Assembly (NCBI GenBank): GCA_034408725.1
Contig: JAWXCN010000064.1
Coordinates: 1-38,972, forward strand
Origin: Candidatus Hydrogenedentota bacterium
GTDB taxonomy: Bacteria > Hydrogenedentota > Hydrogenedentia > Hydrogenedentales > SLHB01
Direction of reading: 5' to 3'
Length of the DNA stretch: 38,972 nucleotides
Numbering within the stretch: the first letter of the stretch is position 1; every line of letters begins with the position of its first letter. Shown piece by piece: positions 7,908 to 17,475 of the stretch. The notes below the pieces were generated by a model. The model did not search any database. It was given only the letters and a program-made list of their open reading frames with translations, and had not been told where the DNA came from. Position numbers and translations under genes: made by a program.

Positions 7908-10114
7908 CGCCGGACGTATCCGAAAAACACGCCAATAGAATCTTGGCGTTTGCCACTTTTTCATTGTGCTCGCTGGCGATCGCGTTACCCTGGGAGCTGT
8001 TTCAGCGCCTGCCATTCACAGGTTTTACAGTGGCGAAATTGGCAGGGGTAGTCACAGTGGCATGCGCAATCGCGTTGGCGATTGCGGACCGTCGCTATCG
8101 GTGGCCGCGCACGGGCATCGGCGCCCCACTTGCCGTATTGGCAACGGTCTGCGTTATATCTATCACCTACTCATTGGACCGGGCGGCGACGCTGCGCCAG
8201 CTCGTGGTATACGCCTCGTATCTCGCGTTCATCTTTGCCGCAGTCACATTCATCGGACGGCCCACGATCTCGCGGTTGCTGGTTCACTGCTACATCATTT
8301 CCTCGATGGTTGTGGCGGTTGTGACCGTGGCTTGTTATGCGGGCGCGCTTTGGCCTACCAGTTGGACTACCGCTTCAACTCCATTGCAACGCCTGATACT
8401 CGAATACCGGCATGGCGTGCCCATGCGCATGGTCGCCGCGGGCAACGATTTCAATCAGGCCGCCATGTTAATCCTCGTGGCGTTTGTAGCGTCCCTCTTT
8501 CTTTACCAGGGGCGCGCGCTCCTGGTCAGTCGCCGGTTCGTCTTGCACACCGGGCAAATTCTTCTGGTCTCGGCGCTGTTTATTTCGATGTCCCGAAGCG
8601 CCGTAATCCTGGCCGGATTGTTTGCTGTGTATTGGCTAGTCACTGTTCCGCGGCGCCGATGGTTGGCCGCCGCTTTCGCTGCGGGCTTATGCATCTTGGG
8701 TGTGCTTCTACTCGCGTATTTCGCGCAAGGGTTTTGGGAAACGTTCATCCACCGCGCGCAAGGCGGCGTCGCGCATGACGACGCCTCGATCCGCGGGCGC
8801 TGGCAGGTGTACCAGATCGGCTTCGCTCTACTCCCCGAGTATGGTCTATGGGGATGCGGTCTGGGGGCGGTCGATGCCGCGATGACCATGTCCCGTTTCA
8901 AGGACGAAGCAGTAATGACCATGCACAGTCTCCCCATGATATTCTTGTTGGAACTCGGCATCGCCGGTTTCTTCGCGTACTTGTGGCTGCTGGTACGACT
9001 GGTCAAAACAGTTCGCGAATGGCCGGGCCACGATTCCATCGAAGCCCGTTTCACCGGCCGCGCACTAACCGCTACCGTACTTGCGATCATTGCGATGACA
9101 GTCGTTCAACCGTTTCCGTTTTTGCCGTTGTACCCGTTCATCATTGCGCTGATCTGCGGCCCGTATTGCGGGAAAATCGGCGAGCGTGACGACGAGACGT
9201 CCTCTAAACCGCGGTTTACGGTTCGTCGCGGTCCCATAGCGTTGGCTGCGGTCTTCGTGGGAATTGTTGTTGTAGTTAATCAGACTTCATATCAAATCAC
9301 GGCGTCGCGGCTGGCCGACGCCGTGGACGGACTTGCCGCTGGATTGGACGCGGAGCGTTCCGCCAACTGGTCTGTCGCAGTCGAGCATTATCGAACAGTT
9401 ACGAATGATGGACGCGGCATCTCGATGGATTCAGAATATGCGGGCATCGCGCGCGCGCTCGTGGACCCCGAACCGGTGTTCCTCGCCATGAATATTCCGT
9501 GGCTTGACCCACCCTTGCAGGCGGCCGCGCATTACGGACTGGGCCGGGCTTGCCTCGCGCAAAATGAAGTAGCGACCGCTCGGAACGCATTCGAGGCAGC
9601 CTGGACCCTGGATGCGCGGTTCAACTTCCTTCGGTTTGATCTCGCGGAGGCATTGTGGAGCGCGGGTTTGTATGCCGACGCGATTCGGTTGTACGGCGAG
9701 GCAGCCGAAGTACCGTCGGCACTCTTGAGCAACAAGCAGCGCAAGGCAATTGCAGTTGTGAAGAGCCGGACTGACGCCGCTACTGCCCTGCACACATTTT
9801 CGACCATGGACAACCACTGGCGCAGCCTGCTGCCAAACAGGCTGCTTAGCGGGAATGACGCCAGCGATGAGGCGTCCCGGCTTGAACGCGGACTATTGCT
9901 CCGAAGGCTGGGCCGGTGGACGGAAGCACTTGTCGTCTATCAGGAAACGCTTACGCTATTTCCAATGTCGGCTGAAGCAACGTTTAATCTGGGGGTGCAG
10001 AGCGAGATCGAGGGTCATGCCGATCGCGCGATTGAACTCTATCGGAAAACTGTCCAGTTGTCCCCGCACCATGCCGATGCGGCGAAACGATTGTCGGCCA
10101 TCACTCCATCTTAG
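7904..10114 (+). CDS. O-antigen ligase (Wzy_C) family membrane protein with C-terminal TPR domain
   Basis: About 12 TM segments; DFNQAA, SMSRSA, SIRGRWQVY, WGCGLG and MHSLPMIFLLELGIAG ligase-family motifs; C-terminal TPRs (ATFNLGVQSEIEGHADRAIELYRKTVQLSP). Confidence 0.85.
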   Translation: MTPDVSEKHANRILAFATFSLCSLAIALPWELFQRLPFTGFTVAKLAGVVTVACAIALAIADRRYRWPRTGIGAPLAVLATVCVISITYSLDRAATLRQLVVYASYLAFIFAAVTFIGRPTISRLLVHCYIISSMVVAVVTVACYAGALWPTSWTTASTPLQRLILEYRHGVPMRMVAAGNDFNQAAMLILVAFVASLFLYQGRALLVSRRFVLHTGQILLVSALFISMSRSAVILAGLFAVYWLVTVPRRRWLAAAFAAGLCILGVLLLAYFAQGFWETFIHRAQGGVAHDDASIRGRWQVYQIGFALLPEYGLWGCGLGAVDAAMTMSRFKDEAVMTMHSLPMIFLLELGIAGFFAYLWLLVRLVKTVREWPGHDSIEARFTGRALTATVLAIIAMTVVQPFPFLPLYPFIIALICGPYCGKIGERDDETSSKPRFTVRRGPIALAAVFVGIVVVVNQTSYQITASRLADAVDGLAAGLDAERSANWSVAVEHYRTVTNDGRGISMDSEYAGIARALVDPEPVFLAMNIPWLDPPLQAAAHYGLGRACLAQNEVATARNAFEAAWTLDARFNFLRFDLAEALWSAGLYADAIRLYGEAAEVPSALLSNKQRKAIAVVKSRTDAATALHTFSTMDNHWRSLLPNRLLSGNDASDEASRLERGLLLRRLGRWTEALVVYQETLTLFPMSAEATFNLGVQSEIEGHADRAIELYRKTVQLSPHHADAAKRLSAITPS

Positions 10115-10211
10115 TGCCACGTTGTCCGCCCCAGTCGTAATTGGGCCGCCATACTGTGTAAAATATGCTATGTAAGTCTGTGGTAGCTAAACATTCCAAG
10201 GGAGTCGCGTT

Positions 10212-11528
10212 GTGGAAGTCTGGGTACTGCGAGGGGTAAGCGCGCTATACCGTCAACGGTGGTTAATCATTGCGTTGACATTGTTTACGACTGTCTTGGG
10301 GGCGGTGCGCGGGACGTTCTCGGTGACGTACGAAGCGGAAAGCATGCTGCTTCTCACGCCCCTCGGTGTAACGAGCGAAGGCGCAAAACTTCTCGCGACT
10401 GCGCCCACCGCCAAAGTGTATAGCGGCATGCTCACTTCTCCCCAAATCGCCGCCGAAACGATGGACAAACTCGTCGCTGAAGGTGTAATCCCCGACGACG
10501 ACCTCCCTCGGTTGGTGGATTTTATCGGCATGCTTTCGGTCGAAGTAGAAACCGTCGACGCGACAACCCGGCCGGTGACCTATTCGCCCTTGATACGGCT
10601 TCGGGTAGAAGCTTATTCGCACGAACAAGCGGAGGCTATTGCAAAGGCATGGTCCGAGGTGGCAATTGATCGGGTAAACAAGATGTTGGTCTTACCGTTT
10701 ATCGCGGTATCTACCACTTTGACCGCGCAAGCAACCGCCTCCGAAGAAAAGTTACAGACTATCTGGACTGAATTGTCGCAAGAAAAATCCCAGTATGATT
10801 TGGAGCTAATGCGTCAGCAGGCAAACCTGCAATTGATCCACCTGGATTTGTTGCAAACCGAACTCCTCACCACCAAGAGCGCCCTGGAAGGCTTGCAAAA
10901 AAGCATTGTCTCCATACGGGAAGTGCTCGCGGCCGAGAAACCTTTTCTTGAGCTTGCCAAAGCTCCGAGCGACGAGGCGTTCTGGCTTACGGAAACGGAA
11001 TTGGGCGCAGACCGCGCGTTCAAGGAGCTATCAGGCAAGGTTATGGTAAGTCAGGAAATAAACCTGGCCTATTGGAACATGAAAGAAAAGGAAGGCCAAA
11101 CTGCCAGTGAAATCGCCGCCAACGAAGGCAAAATCGCGTCCCTGACGGCGTTAATCGAACAGGCGCGCGCTGAAAACAAGACGCTGATGGCTGCATTGGG
11201 TGAACACACGATTAAACAAAAGGAACTGGAATCCCGCGAAGCCGTCGCCAAAATTGTGTATGACGATATCGCCAAGGCATCCGCACTCAACGCCGCAACG
11301 CTCGGTATGATTCACTCTCCCGATGGCGATGGACTCCAACCTGTCGGGTTGAATCTATTGAGCGATAAAATCCAGTCCACGCGGGTCTCGTCCCTCCTGG
11401 GAGGACGGCGGGCAGCGTTTACCGGAGGCATTCTCGGTTTTCTCCTGATCTGTAGCATTGTTGTTGTACGCGACACCGCGCTGCCGTGGCTGAGGCGCTC
11501 TGTCGCGAAACACGGGGAAATCACATGA
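10212..11528 (+). CDS. Polysaccharide co-polymerase / chain-length determinant (Wzz/GumC-like), no kinase domain
   Basis: LYRQRWLII-TM-YEAESMLLL N-terminus, SPLIRLRVEAYSHEQAEAIAKAW motif, long coiled coil, second TM near the C-terminus; GGAG RBS before GTG. Confidence 0.8.
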   Translation: MEVWVLRGVSALYRQRWLIIALTLFTTVLGAVRGTFSVTYEAESMLLLTPLGVTSEGAKLLATAPTAKVYSGMLTSPQIAAETMDKLVAEGVIPDDDLPRLVDFIGMLSVEVETVDATTRPVTYSPLIRLRVEAYSHEQAEAIAKAWSEVAIDRVNKMLVLPFIAVSTTLTAQATASEEKLQTIWTELSQEKSQYDLELMRQQANLQLIHLDLLQTELLTTKSALEGLQKSIVSIREVLAAEKPFLELAKAPSDEAFWLTETELGADRAFKELSGKVMVSQEINLAYWNMKEKEGQTASEIAANEGKIASLTALIEQARAENKTLMAALGEHTIKQKELESREAVAKIVYDDIAKASALNAATLGMIHSPDGDGLQPVGLNLLSDKIQSTRVSSLLGGRRAAFTGGILGFLLICSIVVVRDTALPWLRRSVAKHGEIT

Positions 11529-11564
11529 ACCCACCCCGAGCGGCGTGCAGCGGGTTTCCGGGCC

Positions 11565-13037
11565 ATGCCCACTAGCGTGCCAGCGCGCACCGATGCCGAA
11601 GGCTATCACACCAGTCCCCTGAATCTTGGTTCCGTGGCCTCGATCGCCGCATCCGTAATCCTTTGCGCGTACCTTGGGATGGTGAGCGATCTTGCGTGGC
11701 TTCTCATGTGCGCTGGAGCGCTGGCGGTCTTGCTACTGCCTTGGGCTCGCTCGATCAGCCTGATTTTCTTCGCGCTGTTGTCCGGATTGTGCGGCATTCT
11801 CGATTATTACCCAATATCCTTGGGGCAGTTCAACGCATACGCCAGCGATTTTGTTATCGTCATTTTGGGTTGGGCAATGATCCATTTCTGGTATGCAAAA
11901 ATGAACGGCCAGAGTCCCGCCCAGGGCAAATCCGAGATAACGCTGGGCCGAATCTGGATAGTTTGGACACTACTCGGTCTGTTGTTCGTCGTTTACGGAT
12001 ATTCCATCGTGGGGTCGCGGTTCGATCGCGTGTTCGGCGATTTCCGCCGTGCAACGGTATATTCGGCGGCGTTCTTTATCCCCCTGTTGTTTCCCTATTC
12101 AAAGCAGCACGACAAAGGCATTCTCTGGGCGACCGTTGCCGGAGGGATGATAATCGTTCTTATCGGTTATTTCCGGCTTGCCAATGGCATCGCCGCGCGG
12201 ATTGATGAGAACTTTGAGACTGGGCATTTCGCTTTGCGGCTGATGAATATGGCGGAAACCATGGGGTTGGTAAGCCTCATCGCCTTCCTGACGATAAAAT
12301 TCCGTGATTCCAGTGGGATTTTTCGACGTACAGTGGCGGCCATCGGGATAATCATTACGTCTGTTCTACTGGTCCTCAGCGGCTTTCGGCTCGCGATGGG
12401 GTTTGTCGTACTCGTGCCGTTACTTACCTTGGCTTTTCAATCCTGGGCACAACGCCAGAAGGTACTCCGGTTTGCGTTGGTGCTCATGCTGATTGGGGCG
12501 GCGCTTCTGCCGTTCGCCCTCGTAATGCCTACGCTTATGCCTGACCAATTTGAGAAAGTCGCGCTGGACCTGCGGCTGCGTTTGGTGAACGAAAACATCC
12601 AGGGCGGTTTTCGCTGGTGGACTTACGAGCGCGCCATAAAGAGTTTCGCGGAAAGCCCGATCATTGGGCATGGTTATGGCTATTACCTCGTTGTCGCCAT
12701 GCGAAATCAGATCGGATTGTTCGACTTTGTCGAAATGAACAATCCGCACAACATGTTTTTGTGGGTGCTATACCAGACGGGGATTGTCGGATTCATTCCG
12801 TTCACCGCTTTCCATTTATTGTTTGGCTGGCACGCAATGAGAGCACTCAGAACCTTAGACCCCAAATACGTTTCACTGTATGTGGTCTTCTTGGTGACGT
12901 ATGCGTGCTACATGGCTTATATGTGCTTTCAGCCCTTCGTCGCCTCCCAATATATCCTGATGTATTTCATAATGGGCCTGCTGCTGCGCCTCGCGCGGCC
13001 AGCGCCTGACAATGCGAACTCAACGTCTGAATTGTAA
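11565..13037 (+). CDS. O-antigen ligase/polymerase (Wzy_C) family membrane protein
   Basis: Polytopic; LSGFRLA, FRWWTYERAIKSFAESPIIGHGYG, NPHNMFLWVLYQTGIVG. Confidence 0.85.
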   Translation: MPTSVPARTDAEGYHTSPLNLGSVASIAASVILCAYLGMVSDLAWLLMCAGALAVLLLPWARSISLIFFALLSGLCGILDYYPISLGQFNAYASDFVIVILGWAMIHFWYAKMNGQSPAQGKSEITLGRIWIVWTLLGLLFVVYGYSIVGSRFDRVFGDFRRATVYSAAFFIPLLFPYSKQHDKGILWATVAGGMIIVLIGYFRLANGIAARIDENFETGHFALRLMNMAETMGLVSLIAFLTIKFRDSSGIFRRTVAAIGIIITSVLLVLSGFRLAMGFVVLVPLLTLAFQSWAQRQKVLRFALVLMLIGAALLPFALVMPTLMPDQFEKVALDLRLRLVNENIQGGFRWWTYERAIKSFAESPIIGHGYGYYLVVAMRNQIGLFDFVEMNNPHNMFLWVLYQTGIVGFIPFTAFHLLFGWHAMRALRTLDPKYVSLYVVFLVTYACYMAYMCFQPFVASQYILMYFIMGLLLRLARPAPDNANSTSEL

Positions 13038-13048
13038 TTTCCGTCTAA

Positions 13049-14215
13049 TTATTCGATGCTGGCCTGCACCATATCGATTGCATATTCTTCGTCCGCCAAA
13101 CGCGGAAGAACGAACCGCACTTTCAGGCTTTCGGTATCGATATTCTCCCCCAGTTCGACCCGAATTACACCCTGCTGCCATTCCGCCGATGGCGCCCATT
13201 GATGGCTTGACAGGGCTTTAACCTTGCCGGTCTCACCTGATTCGACATACATCGTAAGGCCCGGCGTTGAATTGGACCGTGCCCAAGCTGACACTACTAA
13301 AGTTTTTGCACGGTAGGCTGAGGAGATTAAAATGTCATGCGCAATGATCCCGTTAAATTCCGCCTGGCCTTTTAGCGCCAATGCCTGCGCGCCGTCATAA
13401 GCGGGAGCGCCCGTTTTCACGATAATGTCATTTGGCGAAACCACCCAGCCGCGCGGACGTCCCGTGTCGTCCTTGTCCTCCAGTGATCCGTTTCCACTCA
13501 GAAAATCAGGAATCACACGAATATTATCCAACGCGAAACCCGAGCCCGCGCCCTGCTTGATTAGAATTCTGAGCTTAGCGGACCCCTTGTCCGACGCCTC
13601 TGGAATTGTTGCGAGAAACTCTATCTTTCCCCAATCCTCCGATACGGGCCAGTATTTCGCGCTGACTTCTTTCTCTTCACCGTCTTCCGTGCATATCAGG
13701 GCAATTTTCATCGATTCCGCCGCTGGTGCTTTGCCCCAGGCTTCCATACGTAGCGGGGTATCCGGATAGCGGTCGGCACCGGCCAATTCGCAAAATATAA
13801 CGGTCCAACTGTCTTTCTCACCGGTGAGCGAGAGAAATCCTTTGCCGTGCTGTGCATCTTCCCCATCTTTTGCAATGCTCGTCGCGGGTGAGATCGCCCA
13901 ACCACGCGGACGGCCGTTGTCGTCCTTTTCTTCGAATGAGCCGTTCGGCGCTACGTTCGCGTCGTGTACCGGTTTGGATGGCGCCTGGACCGGTTCAGCG
14001 GGTGCGGCGGGCGCGGGTTGCTCGACGGGCGCGGCCGACGCTGGCATCGGCGGAACCGGGGATGGCACGGGAACAGGCGATGGTGGCGGGGGAACCGGCG
14101 TCAAGGTTCCGGCTTTCTGCGCATCGCCGTCCTGTGGCGGGGTTGGATTGCTGCAAGAGCCCGCGCCCAGCGCAAAAAGGATTACCAACCCACCCATGAA
14201 AAATGAACTCCGCAT
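13049..14215 (-). CDS. Lipoprotein with Pro-rich linker and two CBM4/9-like beta-sandwich domains
   Basis: Lipobox-like LGAGSC; two repeats starting NGSFEEKDDNGRPRGW and NGSLEDKDDTGRPRGW and ending FALDNI and YAIDMV; RBS AAGGGG before ATG 14215. Confidence 0.75.
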   Translation of the reverse strand: MRSSFFMGGLVILFALGAGSCSNPTPPQDGDAQKAGTLTPVPPPPSPVPVPSPVPPMPASAAPVEQPAPAAPAEPVQAPSKPVHDANVAPNGSFEEKDDNGRPRGWAISPATSIAKDGEDAQHGKGFLSLTGEKDSWTVIFCELAGADRYPDTPLRMEAWGKAPAAESMKIALICTEDGEEKEVSAKYWPVSEDWGKIEFLATIPEASDKGSAKLRILIKQGAGSGFALDNIRVIPDFLSGNGSLEDKDDTGRPRGWVVSPNDIIVKTGAPAYDGAQALALKGQAEFNGIIAHDILISSAYRAKTLVVSAWARSNSTPGLTMYVESGETGKVKALSSHQWAPSAEWQQGVIRVELGENIDTESLKVRFVLPRLADEEYAIDMVQASIE

Positions 14216-14342
14216 GATATCCCCTTTGTTATCGTGCATATCGAATCGATACGCTGGGTTTCGCGCGGCGTTAGCTTTCCGCGCGTTCCGTTTTTTGTAA
14301 TCCCAAACAGCTTACACTATGAACGCCCCCTCCGCCAACGGC

Positions 14343-14978
14343 TCATTCGGGCGCATTCGCCACAGGCTCACTTGGCTCGAACACCGCGCGCACGTCATCG
14401 ATTCGTACGTAATGGCCCGCGCACTTCGCGCAGACGACGCGAACACGCACCGTGCCCGCGTCTGCGTCCAACGGGATAGGCGCCTCAAACGCGACAGGAT
14501 GCCAGTTGTCCGGCGACGCTGGCCATTTGCGCTCCGCCGCCGTGCGATTCTCCCCCTTCACCTTATATTCGAGGCTCAGGTACATGCTCAGATCGAACGG
14601 CGCCCGGCCCTGTGCAGAAACGTATAGAATGCGCCCGGCGTCTTTCGGGGTTAGCGAAAGGTATTGGTTGAGCGTGGCATAGTCGTCGTGAATGGTGCGA
14701 ATAAGCGCCGTCCGTTCGCCATCGAAGGCATCGTAATCCCCGCGCGGATCATTGATAACCGCACCTGCGGGCCACACTACCCAGCCCACGGGCTGGCCGT
14801 TATCGTCCCGCGATTCAAACGAACCGTTGACGAGAACGTTACCGTCGAAAGTCTGTGCCACGCGCGAGACGTGTGGCGTTGGAGCGCCCGGTGGATCGCT
14901 CGAGGAACTTACGGGATCGCCCGCAGGCCGGCACCCGGCTAGAACGGCAACAGCGAAGACAATTAATTCTATGCGCAT
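14343..14978 (-). CDS. Lipoprotein with one CBM4/9-like domain
   Basis: MRIELIVFAVAVLAGC lipobox; NGSFESRDDNGQPVGW...VRIDDV. An alternative start at 14990 overlaps the upstream stop. Confidence 0.75.
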   Translation of the reverse strand: MRIELIVFAVAVLAGCRPAGDPVSSSSDPPGAPTPHVSRVAQTFDGNVLVNGSFESRDDNGQPVGWVVWPAGAVINDPRGDYDAFDGERTALIRTIHDDYATLNQYLSLTPKDAGRILYVSAQGRAPFDLSMYLSLEYKVKGENRTAAERKWPASPDNWHPVAFEAPIPLDADAGTVRVRVVCAKCAGHYVRIDDVRAVFEPSEPVANAPE

Positions 14979-14989
14979 AGTGTTCAACA

Positions 14990-16618
14990 TCACCCCGGCT
15001 CGGGCACAGGATTTTGCCGCGTTTCCATGAATTTTTCCCACAACGCTGTGCGAATAAACAGGGTACGCAGCACTCCCGGGCGTAGCGCGTGCATTTCGCT
15101 GTGGTAGCCCGCGCGCAGTCTACCCGCGAGCTCCTCCGTAATTTTTGGCGATACAACAATCATGGAAGCCGTGTATAAGGGGGCATCGAGGTCAGCGGGC
15201 AACGAGGTCCAATAGCCAACATTTTTCATTTTGCGCAGATACCACGGCAACGGCCAGTAATCCGCATCGGGCGCGACGACTCCAACGAGCATGGCGTTGC
15301 CTTCAGGACTGAAAGCGGGAATGTCCTGGATGCGTTCGGCGAGCCGCGAGATCGCGCTCGAGGTGTGCGCATAGACGTATGGGTTGCGCACGTCGGCGTA
15401 GTACACGAAACTTGAGCGATAGGCCTGCATGCCAAGTTGGAGCATGAGCAATGCAAGCGCGGCGGCCACGGCAAATTTTACGGGACGCCAGCGCATGCCG
15501 CGAATGAGCGCATCGGCGCCTACGCCCGCCATCACGATAAGCGGTTGCAAGAAATTCAATGCGCACCACGGAGTTTTGTAGGGTATGAGCGAATAGGCCG
15601 CGGTCATGCCGAGCGTGTAGAACGCGAGAAAGCGCAGGAGGTTGAGCGAAGGATTGTTTGGGTTTCGCTTGGCCAGCAGCGTGACCACGATACCCTTCGC
15701 GCCCAGCGCGAGGATGAGGGCTTCGCTGAACCAGGGGTTGCCTGAGTGGCGCGTGAGCAACAGCATTTGCAGGTAGTAGCGCCAGGGTTTGTCGTGAATC
15801 GCGAAGTTGCCGGCTTTGTTGGAGTAGTTTGTATACGCGAGCACGGAATTTATCACGCCGCGCGGATGCGTAAAGAAGGAGGAGAAGAAAAGCATCGACA
15901 CCGCGACGGCGGCCAGGATACACACGACGACATTTCGCGTGGCGAACTTTTTTACCGCCGCGAATGCCGCGAAGTCACCATCACGCAGACGCGACCAGCC
16001 CGCAGTGCAAACCCACGCGCCGAAGTACGACACGAACGCAAGAACGCAGGTTTCCTTGCTCGCGTGCGCCAGGCCGAAGCAGAGGCCCGCCGCAATCGCA
16101 GCAGCGTATGACTTTCGTTGGATGCAGTACCAGCCCGCGACGATTGCGCCAAACGCAAAAAATACCAGCAGCATTTCCTGTATGTAGTACCGGCTGTAGT
16201 ACACCATCGCTGGTGAAATGGCTGTGAGCACCGCGGCAATGAATGTGGCGCGCGTCCCGATTGCGCCGCGCAACGGAATCATCAGCAGGACAATCGCCGC
16301 GCCAAACAACACTGGCACAATGCGGTATGTCGATTCGGTCGTGCCGGCGAACGTGCCATCTGTCGTTAGCCATGCAAACGGCAGCATCATGTAATAAATC
16401 GTTGGGCCGTGGTGCTCGATTGGGTCGTAGGCGTAGTCGCCGGTTTCGAGCAACACCCCGGCCTTGAACGCCTGGTTCGCTTCGTCGCCGTGAAACGGTT
16501 TTAGATCGAGCAGCGGCAGCCGGAACGCAAGCGCACCGGCTGCCGCCAGAAGAATCAATGCCAAACCAATTCGATTATCGCGGGAGAGGGCCGCTGACGA
16601 TACCATCGCGTGTCCCAT
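14990..16618 (-). CDS. TIGR03663/Agl23-like GT-C-fold membrane protein (putative polyprenyl-phosphate-sugar-dependent glycosyltransferase)
   Basis: LKPFHGDEA..YAYDPIEHHGP, SPAMVYYSRYYIQE, HASKET, YSLIPYKTPW, NPYVYAHTS and YWPLPWYLR motifs; DE pair in the first external loop. Confidence 0.8.
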   Translation of the reverse strand: MGHAMVSSAALSRDNRIGLALILLAAAGALAFRLPLLDLKPFHGDEANQAFKAGVLLETGDYAYDPIEHHGPTIYYMMLPFAWLTTDGTFAGTTESTYRIVPVLFGAAIVLLMIPLRGAIGTRATFIAAVLTAISPAMVYYSRYYIQEMLLVFFAFGAIVAGWYCIQRKSYAAAIAAGLCFGLAHASKETCVLAFVSYFGAWVCTAGWSRLRDGDFAAFAAVKKFATRNVVVCILAAVAVSMLFFSSFFTHPRGVINSVLAYTNYSNKAGNFAIHDKPWRYYLQMLLLTRHSGNPWFSEALILALGAKGIVVTLLAKRNPNNPSLNLLRFLAFYTLGMTAAYSLIPYKTPWCALNFLQPLIVMAGVGADALIRGMRWRPVKFAVAAALALLMLQLGMQAYRSSFVYYADVRNPYVYAHTSSAISRLAERIQDIPAFSPEGNAMLVGVVAPDADYWPLPWYLRKMKNVGYWTSLPADLDAPLYTASMIVVSPKITEELAGRLRAGYHSEMHALRPGVLRTLFIRTALWEKFMETRQNPVPEPG

Positions 16619-16639
16619 GCCCGTCTGCGCGGCGTGTCG

Positions 16640-17374
16640 TTACTTGCCCGCGGCGGGTTTGCCCCAGACTTCAACTTCGACGTAGTGGTTCGTGTCGTCC
16701 GACGTGTTGCCCTTTGAATACAAGCGCACGAAACGTCCCGATGTGGGCTTGCCATCTTTCAACGCGTTGATAAGCCGACCCTCGTAACTTTCGATGTATT
16801 CCTTGTCCTTACCGATGCCAAGGCCTGACGAATTGTCGTAGTCGTTGTTGTAAACGGTCTGAACGTTCTTCGTGAATTCCGCGTCGTCCGCCGTGCGCAC
16901 GACGAAATCGAAGTACACCCGGTCCGCCGCATGAAAATGCCACGCAAGAACCGCATAGATGTCGCTCTGCTGGCCAAGATCGATTTGCACCCACTGTGTG
17001 CCCGCGCCGAGTTCCGTGAGGTATTCGGTTTGATAACCCTTCTCGCCGTCCGTGATCATGCTCAGCTTACCGTTGGTCGGGTCCGGATCGCTGCTCGATA
17101 CCGTTTTCGCGGAGGACAAAATCGTTGCGCCTTTTGGCGCGGCAAACGGCTCACGCGGCTTGAAATTCTTCTCTTCCAGATGCTCGTTGAAATAATCCAA
17201 CGGCGTGCCGCCGAAATAGGGTGGCGGCAGTTTGATGTCCAGCGGCGCGGTATCGCCCGCCGCGGCCGGGGCCGCTTCCTTCTTCGCTTCGGCCGCAAAC
17301 GACGCCTGCGCCGCGCCAAACGCCACAGCCAGCGCAACAACCGCCGCGCGGCGAATCCATTCAACTCGAACCAT
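16640..17374 (-). CDS. Secreted discoidin/F5-8 type C-like (galactose-binding fold) protein, copy 2
   Basis: Signal peptide (..QASFA); ITDG, WVQIDLG, RFVRLYS, EVEVWG; strong RBS AGGAGG. Confidence 0.8.
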   Translation of the reverse strand: MVRVEWIRRAAVVALAVAFGAAQASFAAEAKKEAAPAAAGDTAPLDIKLPPPYFGGTPLDYFNEHLEEKNFKPREPFAAPKGATILSSAKTVSSSDPDPTNGKLSMITDGEKGYQTEYLTELGAGTQWVQIDLGQQSDIYAVLAWHFHAADRVYFDFVVRTADDAEFTKNVQTVYNNDYDNSSGLGIGKDKEYIESYEGRLINALKDGKPTSGRFVRLYSKGNTSDDTNHYVEVEVWGKPAAGK

Positions 17375-17475
17375 GACTACCTCCTGTATCTACGTTACAC
17401 CAACAGGCGGGCGAACCCGTCCTATCCCGATATGACGAAATAACCTGCTGTCTATTCGTTCTCAAAAGCGCGCGT

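Noticed and set aside
11525..11575. ATG overlapping the wzz-like stop as the true start of the second ligase gene
   Set aside because: It opens only a 16-codon frame that is out of frame with 11565-13037; I have no evidence for a frameshift.
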